From IMG/VR virus record IMGVR_UViG_3300030106_002427, positions 1 to 42,709 of that record: DNA of 42,709 nt, one strand, 5' to 3'. This stretch comes from a virus (lineage: Duplodnaviria; Caudoviricetes). Both the position numbers and the translations under genes were made by a program. This document shows positions 9,479 to 17,578 of the stretch, piece by piece. The stretch's first letter is position 1, and every line of letters begins with the position of its first letter. A model generated the notes under the pieces. That model did not search any database. It was not told the DNA's origin and was given only the letters and a program-made list of their open reading frames with translations.

Positions 9479-9494
9479 AGCAAGGTGATTAGAA

Positions 9495-10274
9495 ATGAGA
9501 TTAGAATTTGATAAAAAAGAAATGAAAGATGCATTGAAAAATGTTGAACTAAAAGGAAAATGGTCGGTGACTGGAGGATTATCTTCAAAGTCTTTGGGTA
9601 AATACATTCAGTTTCAATTACAAGATAACAGATTAATTATGTTTAATGCAGATGAATCAACAGTATGTGGTAAGAGTATATCGGTAGACTGTGAAACAGA
9701 AGAATATTCTTTTATCTTAGAATTGGATACACTAAAAAAGTACTTAGATAAAATGTCTGATTCTATTACTTTAGATGTTGGTACTACAGTTGTTATGCAA
9801 TCAGGCGGTAAAAGAGCAACAATGCCAATGGTAGTTAGACACCCATTTGAAGGTAGAATAGAACGTCTGATAAATCAATGGCCTTTAAGTTATAATGAAA
9901 ACTTAGAGGAATTATTATCTTTAGGTGAAATAAAAGTAGAGTGTGGAATACAAGTTACTGGAGCAGAACTACAGGAATCTTTAGATGCCTGTGAGATAGT
10001 AAATAACGGAATATATAAATTAGACTTTAAAGAAACAGATGACTTAACAGATGCAAAGTTTGTTATTTCATCCGAAGAGATTGCTTCTTCTTATAGAGAA
10101 GAAATGACATTTAGTAATAATATAGGTGAATCTGCTACAGTTGTATTTAGTGGACCACTACATAAGTTCTTTAATAAAGACGATAAAATAAATATCTTTA
10201 TTGGAGATAATCAACCAATAATAATGGTTACAGAAAATAGCGCTATAATTAGAGCGCCAAGATTAGGTGTTTAA
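9495..10274 (+). CDS. pcna: DNA polymerase sliding clamp (PCNA-like)
   Basis: 259 aa, acidic, two-domain beta-alpha-beta pattern; C-terminal FIGDNQPI...IIRAPR resembles the PCNA end (xxAPR); near RFC and PolB. Confidence 0.8.
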   Translation: MRLEFDKKEMKDALKNVELKGKWSVTGGLSSKSLGKYIQFQLQDNRLIMFNADESTVCGKSISVDCETEEYSFILELDTLKKYLDKMSDSITLDVGTTVVMQSGGKRATMPMVVRHPFEGRIERLINQWPLSYNENLEELLSLGEIKVECGIQVTGAELQESLDACEIVNNGIYKLDFKETDDLTDAKFVISSEEIASSYREEMTFSNNIGESATVVFSGPLHKFFNKDDKINIFIGDNQPIIMVTENSAIIRAPRLGV

Positions 10275-10689
10275 TATGGGTTGGGATGGCGGAGTTTTGA
10301 CTAATAAATTGAGTGACCCATATGATAAAATTTATACATGTCATGATGTTGAATATGGATTAGAATTATGGGAAGATGGTGTGTGTTTCTGGAATAGTGA
10401 AGAATCTCCTTATATACATACATATGTTATCCATTTTTGGCCTAAAAAGGGAAGTATTTTACACAAAAAATGGAAGTATTTTGTAGGAGGGCATACGTAT
10501 CAGAGGGCCGCTTATACCGAAGAAGAAGCCCATAACTTAGCCCAAGATATAATAATTGAAAGAATTTTAGAAGATGATTTACTTTTTAGATTTAGTTACT
10601 GGAAAAAAGATATAGAAGGAAACGATGTTTGGGACAATCAAATAGAACCTGTAACAAGGAGGGAATATAATGATAATAACTTGGACTGA
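10267..10689 (+). CDS. Hypothetical protein
   Basis: Trp/Tyr-rich ORF filling the gap between PCNA and PolB; start codon uncertain. Confidence 0.6.
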   Translation: MFNMGWDGGVLTNKLSDPYDKIYTCHDVEYGLELWEDGVCFWNSEESPYIHTYVIHFWPKKGSILHKKWKYFVGGHTYQRAAYTEEEAHNLAQDIIIERILEDDLLFRFSYWKKDIEGNDVWDNQIEPVTRREYNDNNLD

Positions 10690-12292
10690 TAACGATAGAA
10701 GTATAAAAATAAGATGGAGAGATAAGGATAAAATAAGAAAGGAAAAAGTCATTTCAGACTTTAAACCTTATTTCTTCATTAGGTCTATCGACAATAAACC
10801 CGATACTTACAAAACTAAGCATCATATTATAGGTAAAGATTCAGTCAAACAAACAGGTTTCTATGAATATAAAAAAGGTAATTGGAGAAACTTAGAAGGT
10901 CATACTTTAACTAAAGTTTTTTACTCACATCCTAAAGATATGAAGGATGCAAGAAGACCATTTAGAAATACATGGGAAGGAGATGTACCAATACTTAGAA
11001 GATACTGTGTAGATGAACTGGACAGAGTTCCCGAATATGAAATGAGAAAATGGTATTGGGATATGGAATGGTTGCCCGATGCTCATAAAGATGCAGGGGC
11101 TATAACGGCTATTGGTGTATATGATAGTTATACTAATAAATCTAAATTATACACATGGTCTTATGAAGATAAATCAGAAAAAGAAATGCTTGAAGAATTT
11201 GTAAAAGATATACAAGAACAAGACCCCGACATGTTGATTGCTTGGTGGGGATTAAAGTCCGATGTTCCACAATTAATTAAAAGGTTATTTGAGAACAACA
11301 TAGACCCAAGAAAGTTATCTCCATATAAAGAAGTAAAAGGTGTAAGTTACAAAGCATTAGGTAGTGTTGATTATAGTAATATAGCACAACCAATTAAAGG
11401 AAGATTATGTTTGAATTTAGATTTAGCATTTGAACGTCAGTGGAATGATGCTCAACGTGGAACACTACCTAGCACATCTTTAGATTATTGTGCAAGTGTT
11501 TCTGTTGGAGAGACTAAAAAGAAAGACTCTAAGTTTACAGATAGAAATGAATTCTTTATGAGAGCATGGGAAGAAGATACTCAGAATTATTTAGAGTACT
11601 GTTTACAGGATGCTGAATTACTCTATAAGATAGACGAAGAGATGGGGTTAAGTGAAGGAGTATTAGCGATTCAAAAACTGATTAAAGCACCTTTTGAAGA
11701 TTGTTTTTTCGTAAGTCACATGGGTAGCACATATTTCATGCGTAATGCATTTTGGAAAGCACCCACTGGTAAGTATGGAGAGAAGAAACAATACGATGGG
11801 GCGATGATTTACAATCCGTTAGACGAAGGAACTAATGGATTACATCTCAACGTAGCGGCGTTTGATTTTGCTTCGCTATATCCCTCTTGTATATTAGCAA
11901 GAAATATTTCTTGGGAAACGAAATCTAGCAAAGAAACTGAATTTGCTGTTAATCTTAAAACACCAAGAAACTTCTCTAATATAAAACAAGAGGATATGAG
12001 GTATTATAGAACCGATAAGTTAGGATTATTACCGAATGCTATTGCTACGTTAAAACCTTTGAGAAAAGAATACAAGTTAAAAATGTTAGAAGCATTACAA
12101 GAAGGAAATAAGAAAGAATATGTAAAATGGAATTCAATGCAAATGGCTACTAAAAGATTGTTAGCATCTTTTTATGGAGTTGTAGCATTACAAGGATTCG
12201 GTTGGTATGATGTAGATTTAGCCGCATCTATTACAGCCAGTGCTAGAGAAGCAATTAGAGAAGCGGCATTTAAAGTGAGGGAATTACAATGA
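10670..12292 (+). CDS. polB: Family B DNA polymerase, N-terminal part (3'-5' exonuclease, motifs A and B)
   Basis: ExoI WDMEW, ExoIII YCLQD, motif A DFASLYPS, motif B KRLLASFYG; stops before motif C. Confidence 0.95.
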   Translation: MIITWTDNDRSIKIRWRDKDKIRKEKVISDFKPYFFIRSIDNKPDTYKTKHHIIGKDSVKQTGFYEYKKGNWRNLEGHTLTKVFYSHPKDMKDARRPFRNTWEGDVPILRRYCVDELDRVPEYEMRKWYWDMEWLPDAHKDAGAITAIGVYDSYTNKSKLYTWSYEDKSEKEMLEEFVKDIQEQDPDMLIAWWGLKSDVPQLIKRLFENNIDPRKLSPYKEVKGVSYKALGSVDYSNIAQPIKGRLCLNLDLAFERQWNDAQRGTLPSTSLDYCASVSVGETKKKDSKFTDRNEFFMRAWEEDTQNYLEYCLQDAELLYKIDEEMGLSEGVLAIQKLIKAPFEDCFFVSHMGSTYFMRNAFWKAPTGKYGEKKQYDGAMIYNPLDEGTNGLHLNVAAFDFASLYPSCILARNISWETKSSKETEFAVNLKTPRNFSNIKQEDMRYYRTDKLGLLPNAIATLKPLRKEYKLKMLEALQEGNKKEYVKWNSMQMATKRLLASFYGVVALQGFGWYDVDLAASITASAREAIREAAFKVRELQ

Positions 12293-12747
12293 TAAAAGAA
12301 GATAAAAAATTAGGAATATTAAAAGAAACAGATACTACTTGGTATAGAGAGGCATTAGAATATATTGGGGATAACAAGATAGATATGATGAGAGAATTAG
12401 GCGCTTATTTTGACGTAGTTGAAAGGTGTTCAAGAACATGGGAATGCACATGGGGATTTGTTAAAAATAAAACCTTTGAAGAATTAGAAGAATCACATGG
12501 TAAAGCAGAATATTTAGAGCAAACTTGGAGAGGTAAAATACTAGGAGTGAAATTTAAAAATAAAGAATGGACTATAGATTTACCTCGATATTTCATTTGG
12601 GATGAGGATGATGAACGTGTTAGTATTTTACCTAAAGATTTACCAGTCAAAATAAATAATGTTGGTAGGTGTGAAGGAATAATCAATGGTGAAAGATGTG
12701 ATGTTGCTCCTAGAGATGGGGATTTATGTCACCTTTGTAAGAGGTAA
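12289..12747 (+). CDS. Hypothetical protein with C-terminal zinc-finger-like motif (within split polB)
   Basis: CEG...RC...CHLCKR; ATGA overlap with polB N-part. Confidence 0.65.
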   Translation: MIKEDKKLGILKETDTTWYREALEYIGDNKIDMMRELGAYFDVVERCSRTWECTWGFVKNKTFEELEESHGKAEYLEQTWRGKILGVKFKNKEWTIDLPRYFIWDEDDERVSILPKDLPVKINNVGRCEGIINGERCDVAPRDGDLCHLCKR

Positions 12748-12752
12748 TTATA

Positions 12753-12941
12753 ATGAGTAGAATAGAAGATGAAGTATGTAAAAAAATTAAAGCACGTTCA
12801 GACGTGGGCAAAAGAAAGTATGGAGTTACTATGGAAGAAGAAACTCTTACAAGATTAGAGTGGTTAATACACGCTCAAGAAGAAGCAATGGACTTAGCGG
12901 TTTATTTGCAAAAACTAATAGAAATGGAGGAAGAACAATGA
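12753..12941 (+). CDS. MazG-like all-alpha nucleotide pyrophosphohydrolase-type small protein
   Basis: GKRKYG...WLIHAQEEAMDLAVYL carries the EExxD helix of the MazG-like superfamily. Confidence 0.55.
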   Translation: MSRIEDEVCKKIKARSDVGKRKYGVTMEEETLTRLEWLIHAQEEAMDLAVYLQKLIEMEEEQ

Positions 12942-13207
12942 GATTAAGAAAAGATGGAGAGATAAGAAAAGAAGCACATAGAAAAAATGCTAGAATAATT
13001 AATTGGGTCATAGATATATTAGAAGGAGATGTCATGTCAACTAATGAAATATTAGAAGGTCTAAAAAATATAAAGATAAAACCATATGGTTATCAACCTA
13101 AAAACTTACCTTCAATAAATAAACTTGTTAGTATATTATATTCTAACCATGAGTTTATTAGAGTTAATGCTAAAACAGAACGCCCTGCTTTATGGAGGTT
13201 AAGATAA
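12938..13207 (+). CDS. Winged-helix DNA-binding protein (paralog of 1818..2063)
   Basis: MSTNEILEGL...LPSINKLVSIL...EFIRVNAKTERPALWRLR; GGAGG SD and ATGA overlap place start at 12938. Confidence 0.65.
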   Translation: MRLRKDGEIRKEAHRKNARIINWVIDILEGDVMSTNEILEGLKNIKIKPYGYQPKNLPSINKLVSILYSNHEFIRVNAKTERPALWRLR

Positions 13208-13560
13208 TGACTAGAAAAAAGAAAACTTATGAAGAAAGATTACTTAGAAAAGCACTGGAAAAAATGTCTTTGCACGATTCTATACTATTAATGATGCATA
13301 AACTAGGAGTAACAAAAGAACAACATGGTGCAATAATGGAATGGGAACAGTTTGAAGGAGTAATGGAAAGAAGACCCGAAACTAAAAAAGATGCTGAAAT
13401 GACATTTTCAATAGATGCTATTGCTGGTAATACCGCTATGTTCCATTTATGGTTATTAGGTAGAGTTAAAGATAGATGGGAAAAGGAAGACTTCAATCCC
13501 GAAAAAGCACCACGAACAGTGAACATCAAAGCCCAAGTAGATTGGAGTGACGATATATGA
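13207..13560 (+). CDS. Hypothetical protein (within split polB)
   Basis: TAATG overlap, GGAGG SD; its stop overlaps the start of polB C-part. Confidence 0.65.
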   Translation: MTRKKKTYEERLLRKALEKMSLHDSILLMMHKLGVTKEQHGAIMEWEQFEGVMERRPETKKDAEMTFSIDAIAGNTAMFHLWLLGRVKDRWEKEDFNPEKAPRTVNIKAQVDWSDDI

Positions 13561-14483
13561 AAGTAGTTTATGCACATACTGATTCTCTTTATGTTCCTGT
13601 TCCTTCTATTGAGAAGGCTCAAGAAGTTAGAGAGATACTAAATACACATATTCAGGAAAACGTATTTCCTAATATTATGGGTTTAGAGAATCACCCTATG
13701 GATTTAGAGTTTGAAAAATATTACTCTGTATTAGGTGTAGGTGCAACTAAGAATAGAAATGCTGGATTTATTAACTGGAAAGACGGAGTATATTTACAAG
13801 AACAAGAATTTGTTTGTACTGGATTTACTTTGAAGAGAATAGCAGAATCTAAAGTCGGTAAAGATATTCAGAAAGAAGCATTGCAAATGTGGATTAATCA
13901 AAAGACAGAAGATGAAATAATATCTTATGTTAGTGACTTATATCATAAGGTTAGAAATGGTGATGTATCTAAATTAGATTTAGTAAAAAGAAGTAGAGTT
14001 AGAGAAAACCGTTTAACTCTAAAATGTCAATGTCGTAAAACATACAACCTAGAATATGTTAGAGGACTTTTGAAAAGAGTTCCCGATGCGTATTGTGAGA
14101 AAGAAAATTGCAATACTAAGTTACGTAATTGTACAACTGTAGAAGGTAAACGCCCCTCATTTGGCGGAGGATTTGCTGGTGTTTTATATTATAATGAACA
14201 CATCAATCCTAAAGATAAATTGAATGATTCTTTTTATCATATGAAATGTAATTTTAAGATACCCCAGTCTTTAACTTACACTAATTGGAATGGGGATGAA
14301 AAAAAAGCAGGTTATATCGCTGTAAGAAATCTATCAGAATTAGAGAACTTTGAACCCGACTGGAACTTTTTAGCAGAGTCAGAAGTCATAAAAAAGGTTC
14401 AGCCTATATTCGATGCAATGGGATGGGACGTAGAGAAACTTAAAAGAGATAACAAACAAAGAACTTTGGATGAGTGGTTTTAA
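13557..14483 (+). CDS. polB: Family B DNA polymerase, C-terminal part (motif C, thumb, Cys-rich insert, PIP box)
   Basis: YAHTDS motif C variant, LEFEKYY, KNRNAG, terminal QRTLDEWF PIP box. Confidence 0.92.
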   Translation: MKVVYAHTDSLYVPVPSIEKAQEVREILNTHIQENVFPNIMGLENHPMDLEFEKYYSVLGVGATKNRNAGFINWKDGVYLQEQEFVCTGFTLKRIAESKVGKDIQKEALQMWINQKTEDEIISYVSDLYHKVRNGDVSKLDLVKRSRVRENRLTLKCQCRKTYNLEYVRGLLKRVPDAYCEKENCNTKLRNCTTVEGKRPSFGGGFAGVLYYNEHINPKDKLNDSFYHMKCNFKIPQSLTYTNWNGDEKKAGYIAVRNLSELENFEPDWNFLAESEVIKKVQPIFDAMGWDVEKLKRDNKQRTLDEWF

Positions 14484-15331
14484 TGACAGAATATACATAT
14501 CAATGGAATCCCGAATGGGAAGATGACCCTTCAATGCCTCAATTAAAAGTAACGAAATCTTCGTTAAATACATTTGAGTTTTGTAGGAAACAATATGAGT
14601 TTAATTATATTGAAGGAAGAAAACAAGAACCTAGCATGGCTATGATTAAAGGAACCATAGTGCATAATTCTTATGAGGATTTTTATAATCAATTTGAGAT
14701 TAAGAAAGCAGAAGAATTAGATGAAAATAGTGTTTATGAATATTGTATGGGGTTATTCCCCATAGATGATTATGGTGACATTTATCAAACTATGGCGGCC
14801 TTTGAAACAGAAAGATTTGTTCAAGCAAGAAAAGAAGAAATACTTGAAACGTTTTTACCAGCAGGTAATGAAATAAGATGTAATGCTAAGTTACTAATAC
14901 CTAGAGACTGTAACCCTAAATTCACTTTACGGAGAGATTACACAGTTCATCTTCAAGGTATTATTGATAGGGTGTTTCAAGAGGGAGAAGGTTATATTCC
15001 TGTAGAGTTAAAAACTGGAGCATGGAAAGATAGAAAGCAAACTCACATGAGAAACGAAATGGCGTTCTATAAAGTTCTAATGGATGCCGACCCCGATTGT
15101 GATTTAGGACCAGTAACTCATTGGGCTTGGTATTATCCCGATTCTAATTATTTTCAATTAGAGGAAGTTAAAAACAGAAATGTAAATAATATCATAAGAA
15201 GAATTGCTAAGTTAATTCATGCATATGAACAAGGTATTTTCCCAACTTCATATTATCCTAATAAGTGTCAATATTGCGCCTATGTTGGTATTTGCGATTC
15301 AGCACAACAAGCGGAATTATGGGAGTGGTAA
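14483..15331 (+). CDS. Cas4/RecB-like PD-(D/E)xK exonuclease with putative Fe-S cluster
   Basis: N-terminal FC, GTIVH, GIIDRV...VELKTG, C-terminal CQYCAYVGIC. Confidence 0.85.
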   Translation: MTEYTYQWNPEWEDDPSMPQLKVTKSSLNTFEFCRKQYEFNYIEGRKQEPSMAMIKGTIVHNSYEDFYNQFEIKKAEELDENSVYEYCMGLFPIDDYGDIYQTMAAFETERFVQARKEEILETFLPAGNEIRCNAKLLIPRDCNPKFTLRRDYTVHLQGIIDRVFQEGEGYIPVELKTGAWKDRKQTHMRNEMAFYKVLMDADPDCDLGPVTHWAWYYPDSNYFQLEEVKNRNVNNIIRRIAKLIHAYEQGIFPTSYYPNKCQYCAYVGICDSAQQAELWEW

Positions 15332-15332
15332 T

Positions 15333-15476
15333 TTGGCTAACAAGAGAATAAAAGAATGTAAAATATGTGGTGAACAATTTGAATTACATAAGAAATCAAA
15401 CAAATGTAAAAGTTGTGGCGGAAGACTGAGGATAGTAGTCAATAATAGAAACATAAGAAAATTAGGTGATTTATAA
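15333..15476 (+). CDS. Small zinc-ribbon protein, 47 aa (TTG start)
   Basis: (M)ANKRIKECKICGEQFELHKKSNKCKSCGGRL; two CxxCG knuckles; GGAGTGG upstream. Confidence 0.6.
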   Translation: MANKRIKECKICGEQFELHKKSNKCKSCGGRLRIVVNNRNIRKLGDL

Positions 15477-15949
15477 TGAAAGATAAAATAAAAAAGAAAA
15501 TTGATGGTAAAGAATGGAAATTTCATGAATTACTCAAGTTGAAAAATGTAGCGAAAAGTTTGTCAGAAGAACTTTACCATGAGGTAGAGTTGAAAGACCA
15601 ACTTGAACTGATTTGGGATATTCAAGTTGGAGAAGGTTTAACCTTCGGTAAACTGTTTAAACAGTCAGTCGTGAATAAACTGGAAGAAGAAGTAATGAAA
15701 GCATTTCAGGAAAAGTTTGAATCGGCTACAGTTAACTTTAACCATATGGAAACTAAACACACCCCTATGCTTCCAGTGGAAAAGCCAGCGTCTTTAACCG
15801 ATAAATATACTAAAGACCCAATGGAAGAATTAATTCAAGGTAATGATGTTATAGTAAATGATAAACCAACTTTAGAGGAAAAGGATGGTAGAGTTCAGAC
15901 AAGAGTTGGGAATGTAAAAGTTAAGAGAGTTGGTAATAGTGGTCTTTGA
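15476..15949 (+). CDS. Hypothetical protein
   Basis: 157-aa ORF, GGTGA SD, TAATG overlap. Confidence 0.7.
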   Translation: MKDKIKKKIDGKEWKFHELLKLKNVAKSLSEELYHEVELKDQLELIWDIQVGEGLTFGKLFKQSVVNKLEEEVMKAFQEKFESATVNFNHMETKHTPMLPVEKPASLTDKYTKDPMEELIQGNDVIVNDKPTLEEKDGRVQTRVGNVKVKRVGNSGL

Positions 15950-16094
15950 AGAAATGCTAGAAGGACAAAAGAAACTTACAGAGACTATGGAAGAAATACA
16001 TGCTACTCTTAAGTTCAGTAATAGAATAATTATGATGGTTAATGTTGTAAACATATTAACTATTATCGTGGTTGGTTTGGTGTTATTAAAATGA
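15939..16094 (+). CDS. Small membrane protein (coiled coil plus C-terminal TM helix), about 51 aa
   Basis: (M)VFEEMLEGQKKLTETMEEIHATLKFSNRIIMMVNVVNILTIIVVGLVLLK*; fills gap, ATGA overlap with ORF 16091; start may be the downstream ATG. Confidence 0.6.
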   Translation: MVFEEMLEGQKKLTETMEEIHATLKFSNRIIMMVNVVNILTIIVVGLVLLK

Positions 16095-16414
16095 ATGAGG
16101 AATTAGATAAATTAATAGAAGCACAAGAATTACAAGGTTGTTATAATAAAGAAAAACTTAAAACTATTATAATAGACAACGCTAAGCGTTTTAATATATC
16201 CCTTGATACATTGTTGAGGGCGTTTAAATATGACATAGTAATAAAATATGATTTAGACATAACAACATTACAAGGTTATGAATGTGCTATGAGTTTATTA
16301 CGAGGTAAAATATCTACTTTAAAGAATAGATTAAGAAGTCTGGAAATTGCATCTAAAGAAGAACTACTTAACTATGCAAAGAGTTGCGCCTTTACTCATT
16401 ATTTGAGGGTGTGA
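16091..16414 (+). CDS. Hypothetical protein
   Basis: 107-aa ORF in the coupled gene series. Confidence 0.6.
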   Translation: MNEELDKLIEAQELQGCYNKEKLKTIIIDNAKRFNISLDTLLRAFKYDIVIKYDLDITTLQGYECAMSLLRGKISTLKNRLRSLEIASKEELLNYAKSCAFTHYLRV

Positions 16415-16417
16415 AAT

Positions 16418-17512
16418 ATGAAATTCCCTAGAGAAGTATGGCCTAGTGCTAATAAACAAACTAATACTTTTGGTAGTAAAAGAATTGTAGTTGATAACCA
16501 AGAAGAATTTAATTCTTGGGTTAATGCTCACAATGGTAAGATGAACTGCTTTACATCTGTATATGATTATAAAGAATATACAAATAAACATGCAGTAGTA
16601 TCTACTGTTATTCTTGATAGAATATTTTTAGATTTTGACGCTCATCATGGGGAAACAGATAAAATAACTGGCTCTCAAATTATTAATCCCGATGCAATTA
16701 AAACTTGTTTAGAGGATTTAAATTTAGTATGTCAATATCTTACAACTCATGATTATAAGTTTGATATGTCTTTTTCAGGTAGAGGTTTTCACTTATATGT
16801 TTATGGAGAACCCACAAAAGATATTAGAAGATTAACGGCCTTCTTTAATGAAGTTAAGAAGGTAACAGTAAATGGAACTTTAGATAGTTCTGGAATACAA
16901 GAAAGAAGATTAAGACGTATTAGAAATACTATGAATCTAAAATCTTCTTACGGAGAAGGATGCTATTACTGTATTCCACTAGAATTAAAAGATATATTTT
17001 TAGACGCTAGTGAATTACTAATATTAGCAATGAAACCAAATAAGATTCCTTTAACTACTTATGGTGAAACATTAGTTAAATGGCCTGAAGTAGCACCAAT
17101 AGAGGAATCAGAGATTGAGGTTGATGTAATTAATGTGGGGAATCTACCATTACCCCCATGTATGTATAGTGCTATTATGGTAGAAAACCCAACTGATGAT
17201 GCTAGAATGAGAGCCGTTAGTTGGTATAAAGAATTATTATTGTGGACTGATTTAAGTATTCCATTTGGGAATAACAATGTAGTTCCCGATAAAGAAACTC
17301 GCAACAGGATAGGAAATCAGATTGTTGCAGAGATTAAGAATTTACACGAAAATTATAACGTGTGGTTAGATTTCAATGAAGCGATAACAAAACAAAGAAT
17401 GGGTTCTATCTTGGAAAAGAATTATAATTTCCCAAGATGCGAAACTCTTATCGGTCAAGGTTATTGCGTAGGAAAATGTTGGAGGTTACAAAATGCAAAA
17501 AACACTATTTGA
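16418..17512 (+). CDS. Archaeo-eukaryotic primase; PriS catalytic domain fused to PriL-CTD-like four-Cys domain
   Basis: FLDFD motif I, SGRGFHLY motif II, D...RRLRRI motif III; LPPC...FPRC...GYCVGKC. Confidence 0.9.
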   Translation: MKFPREVWPSANKQTNTFGSKRIVVDNQEEFNSWVNAHNGKMNCFTSVYDYKEYTNKHAVVSTVILDRIFLDFDAHHGETDKITGSQIINPDAIKTCLEDLNLVCQYLTTHDYKFDMSFSGRGFHLYVYGEPTKDIRRLTAFFNEVKKVTVNGTLDSSGIQERRLRRIRNTMNLKSSYGEGCYYCIPLELKDIFLDASELLILAMKPNKIPLTTYGETLVKWPEVAPIEESEIEVDVINVGNLPLPPCMYSAIMVENPTDDARMRAVSWYKELLLWTDLSIPFGNNNVVPDKETRNRIGNQIVAEIKNLHENYNVWLDFNEAITKQRMGSILEKNYNFPRCETLIGQGYCVGKCWRLQNAKNTI

Positions 17513-17576
17513 ATATGGACTAGTATTAGAAGGACAAATGACGCTATTAGATTTTGGATTAGAATTGGAGGATTAA
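17493..17576 (+). CDS. 27-aa microprotein with two tandem PIP-box-like motifs
   Basis: MQKTLFEYGLVLEGQMTLLDFGLELED*; GGAGG SD at 17481-17485; fills the primase-XPF gap. Confidence 0.65.
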   Translation: MQKTLFEYGLVLEGQMTLLDFGLELED

Positions 17577-17578
17577 TT

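Noticed and set aside
9377-9494. Hammerhead ribozyme (minus-strand CTAATGA) or a 26-aa ORF at 9408-9488
   Set aside because: The core deviates from CUGAUGA and no correctly placed GAAA/stem III was found; the small ORF has a poorly spaced SD and atypical composition
12250-13600. Split intein or self-splicing intron joining the polB halves
   Set aside because: No intein N-terminal C/S block or C-terminal HN motif; the gap is filled by four coupled ORFs, leaving no room for a ribozyme core
14483-15331. Cas4-like gene as evidence of a CRISPR-Cas system
   Set aside because: No repeat-spacer array or other cas genes seen; solo Cas4-like nucleases are common in archaeal virus replication modules
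15219-15332. ORF-track N-terminal extension of the zinc-ribbon gene
   Set aside because: Overlaps the Cas4-like gene by over 110 nt; TTG at 15333, just after its stop, is more plausible
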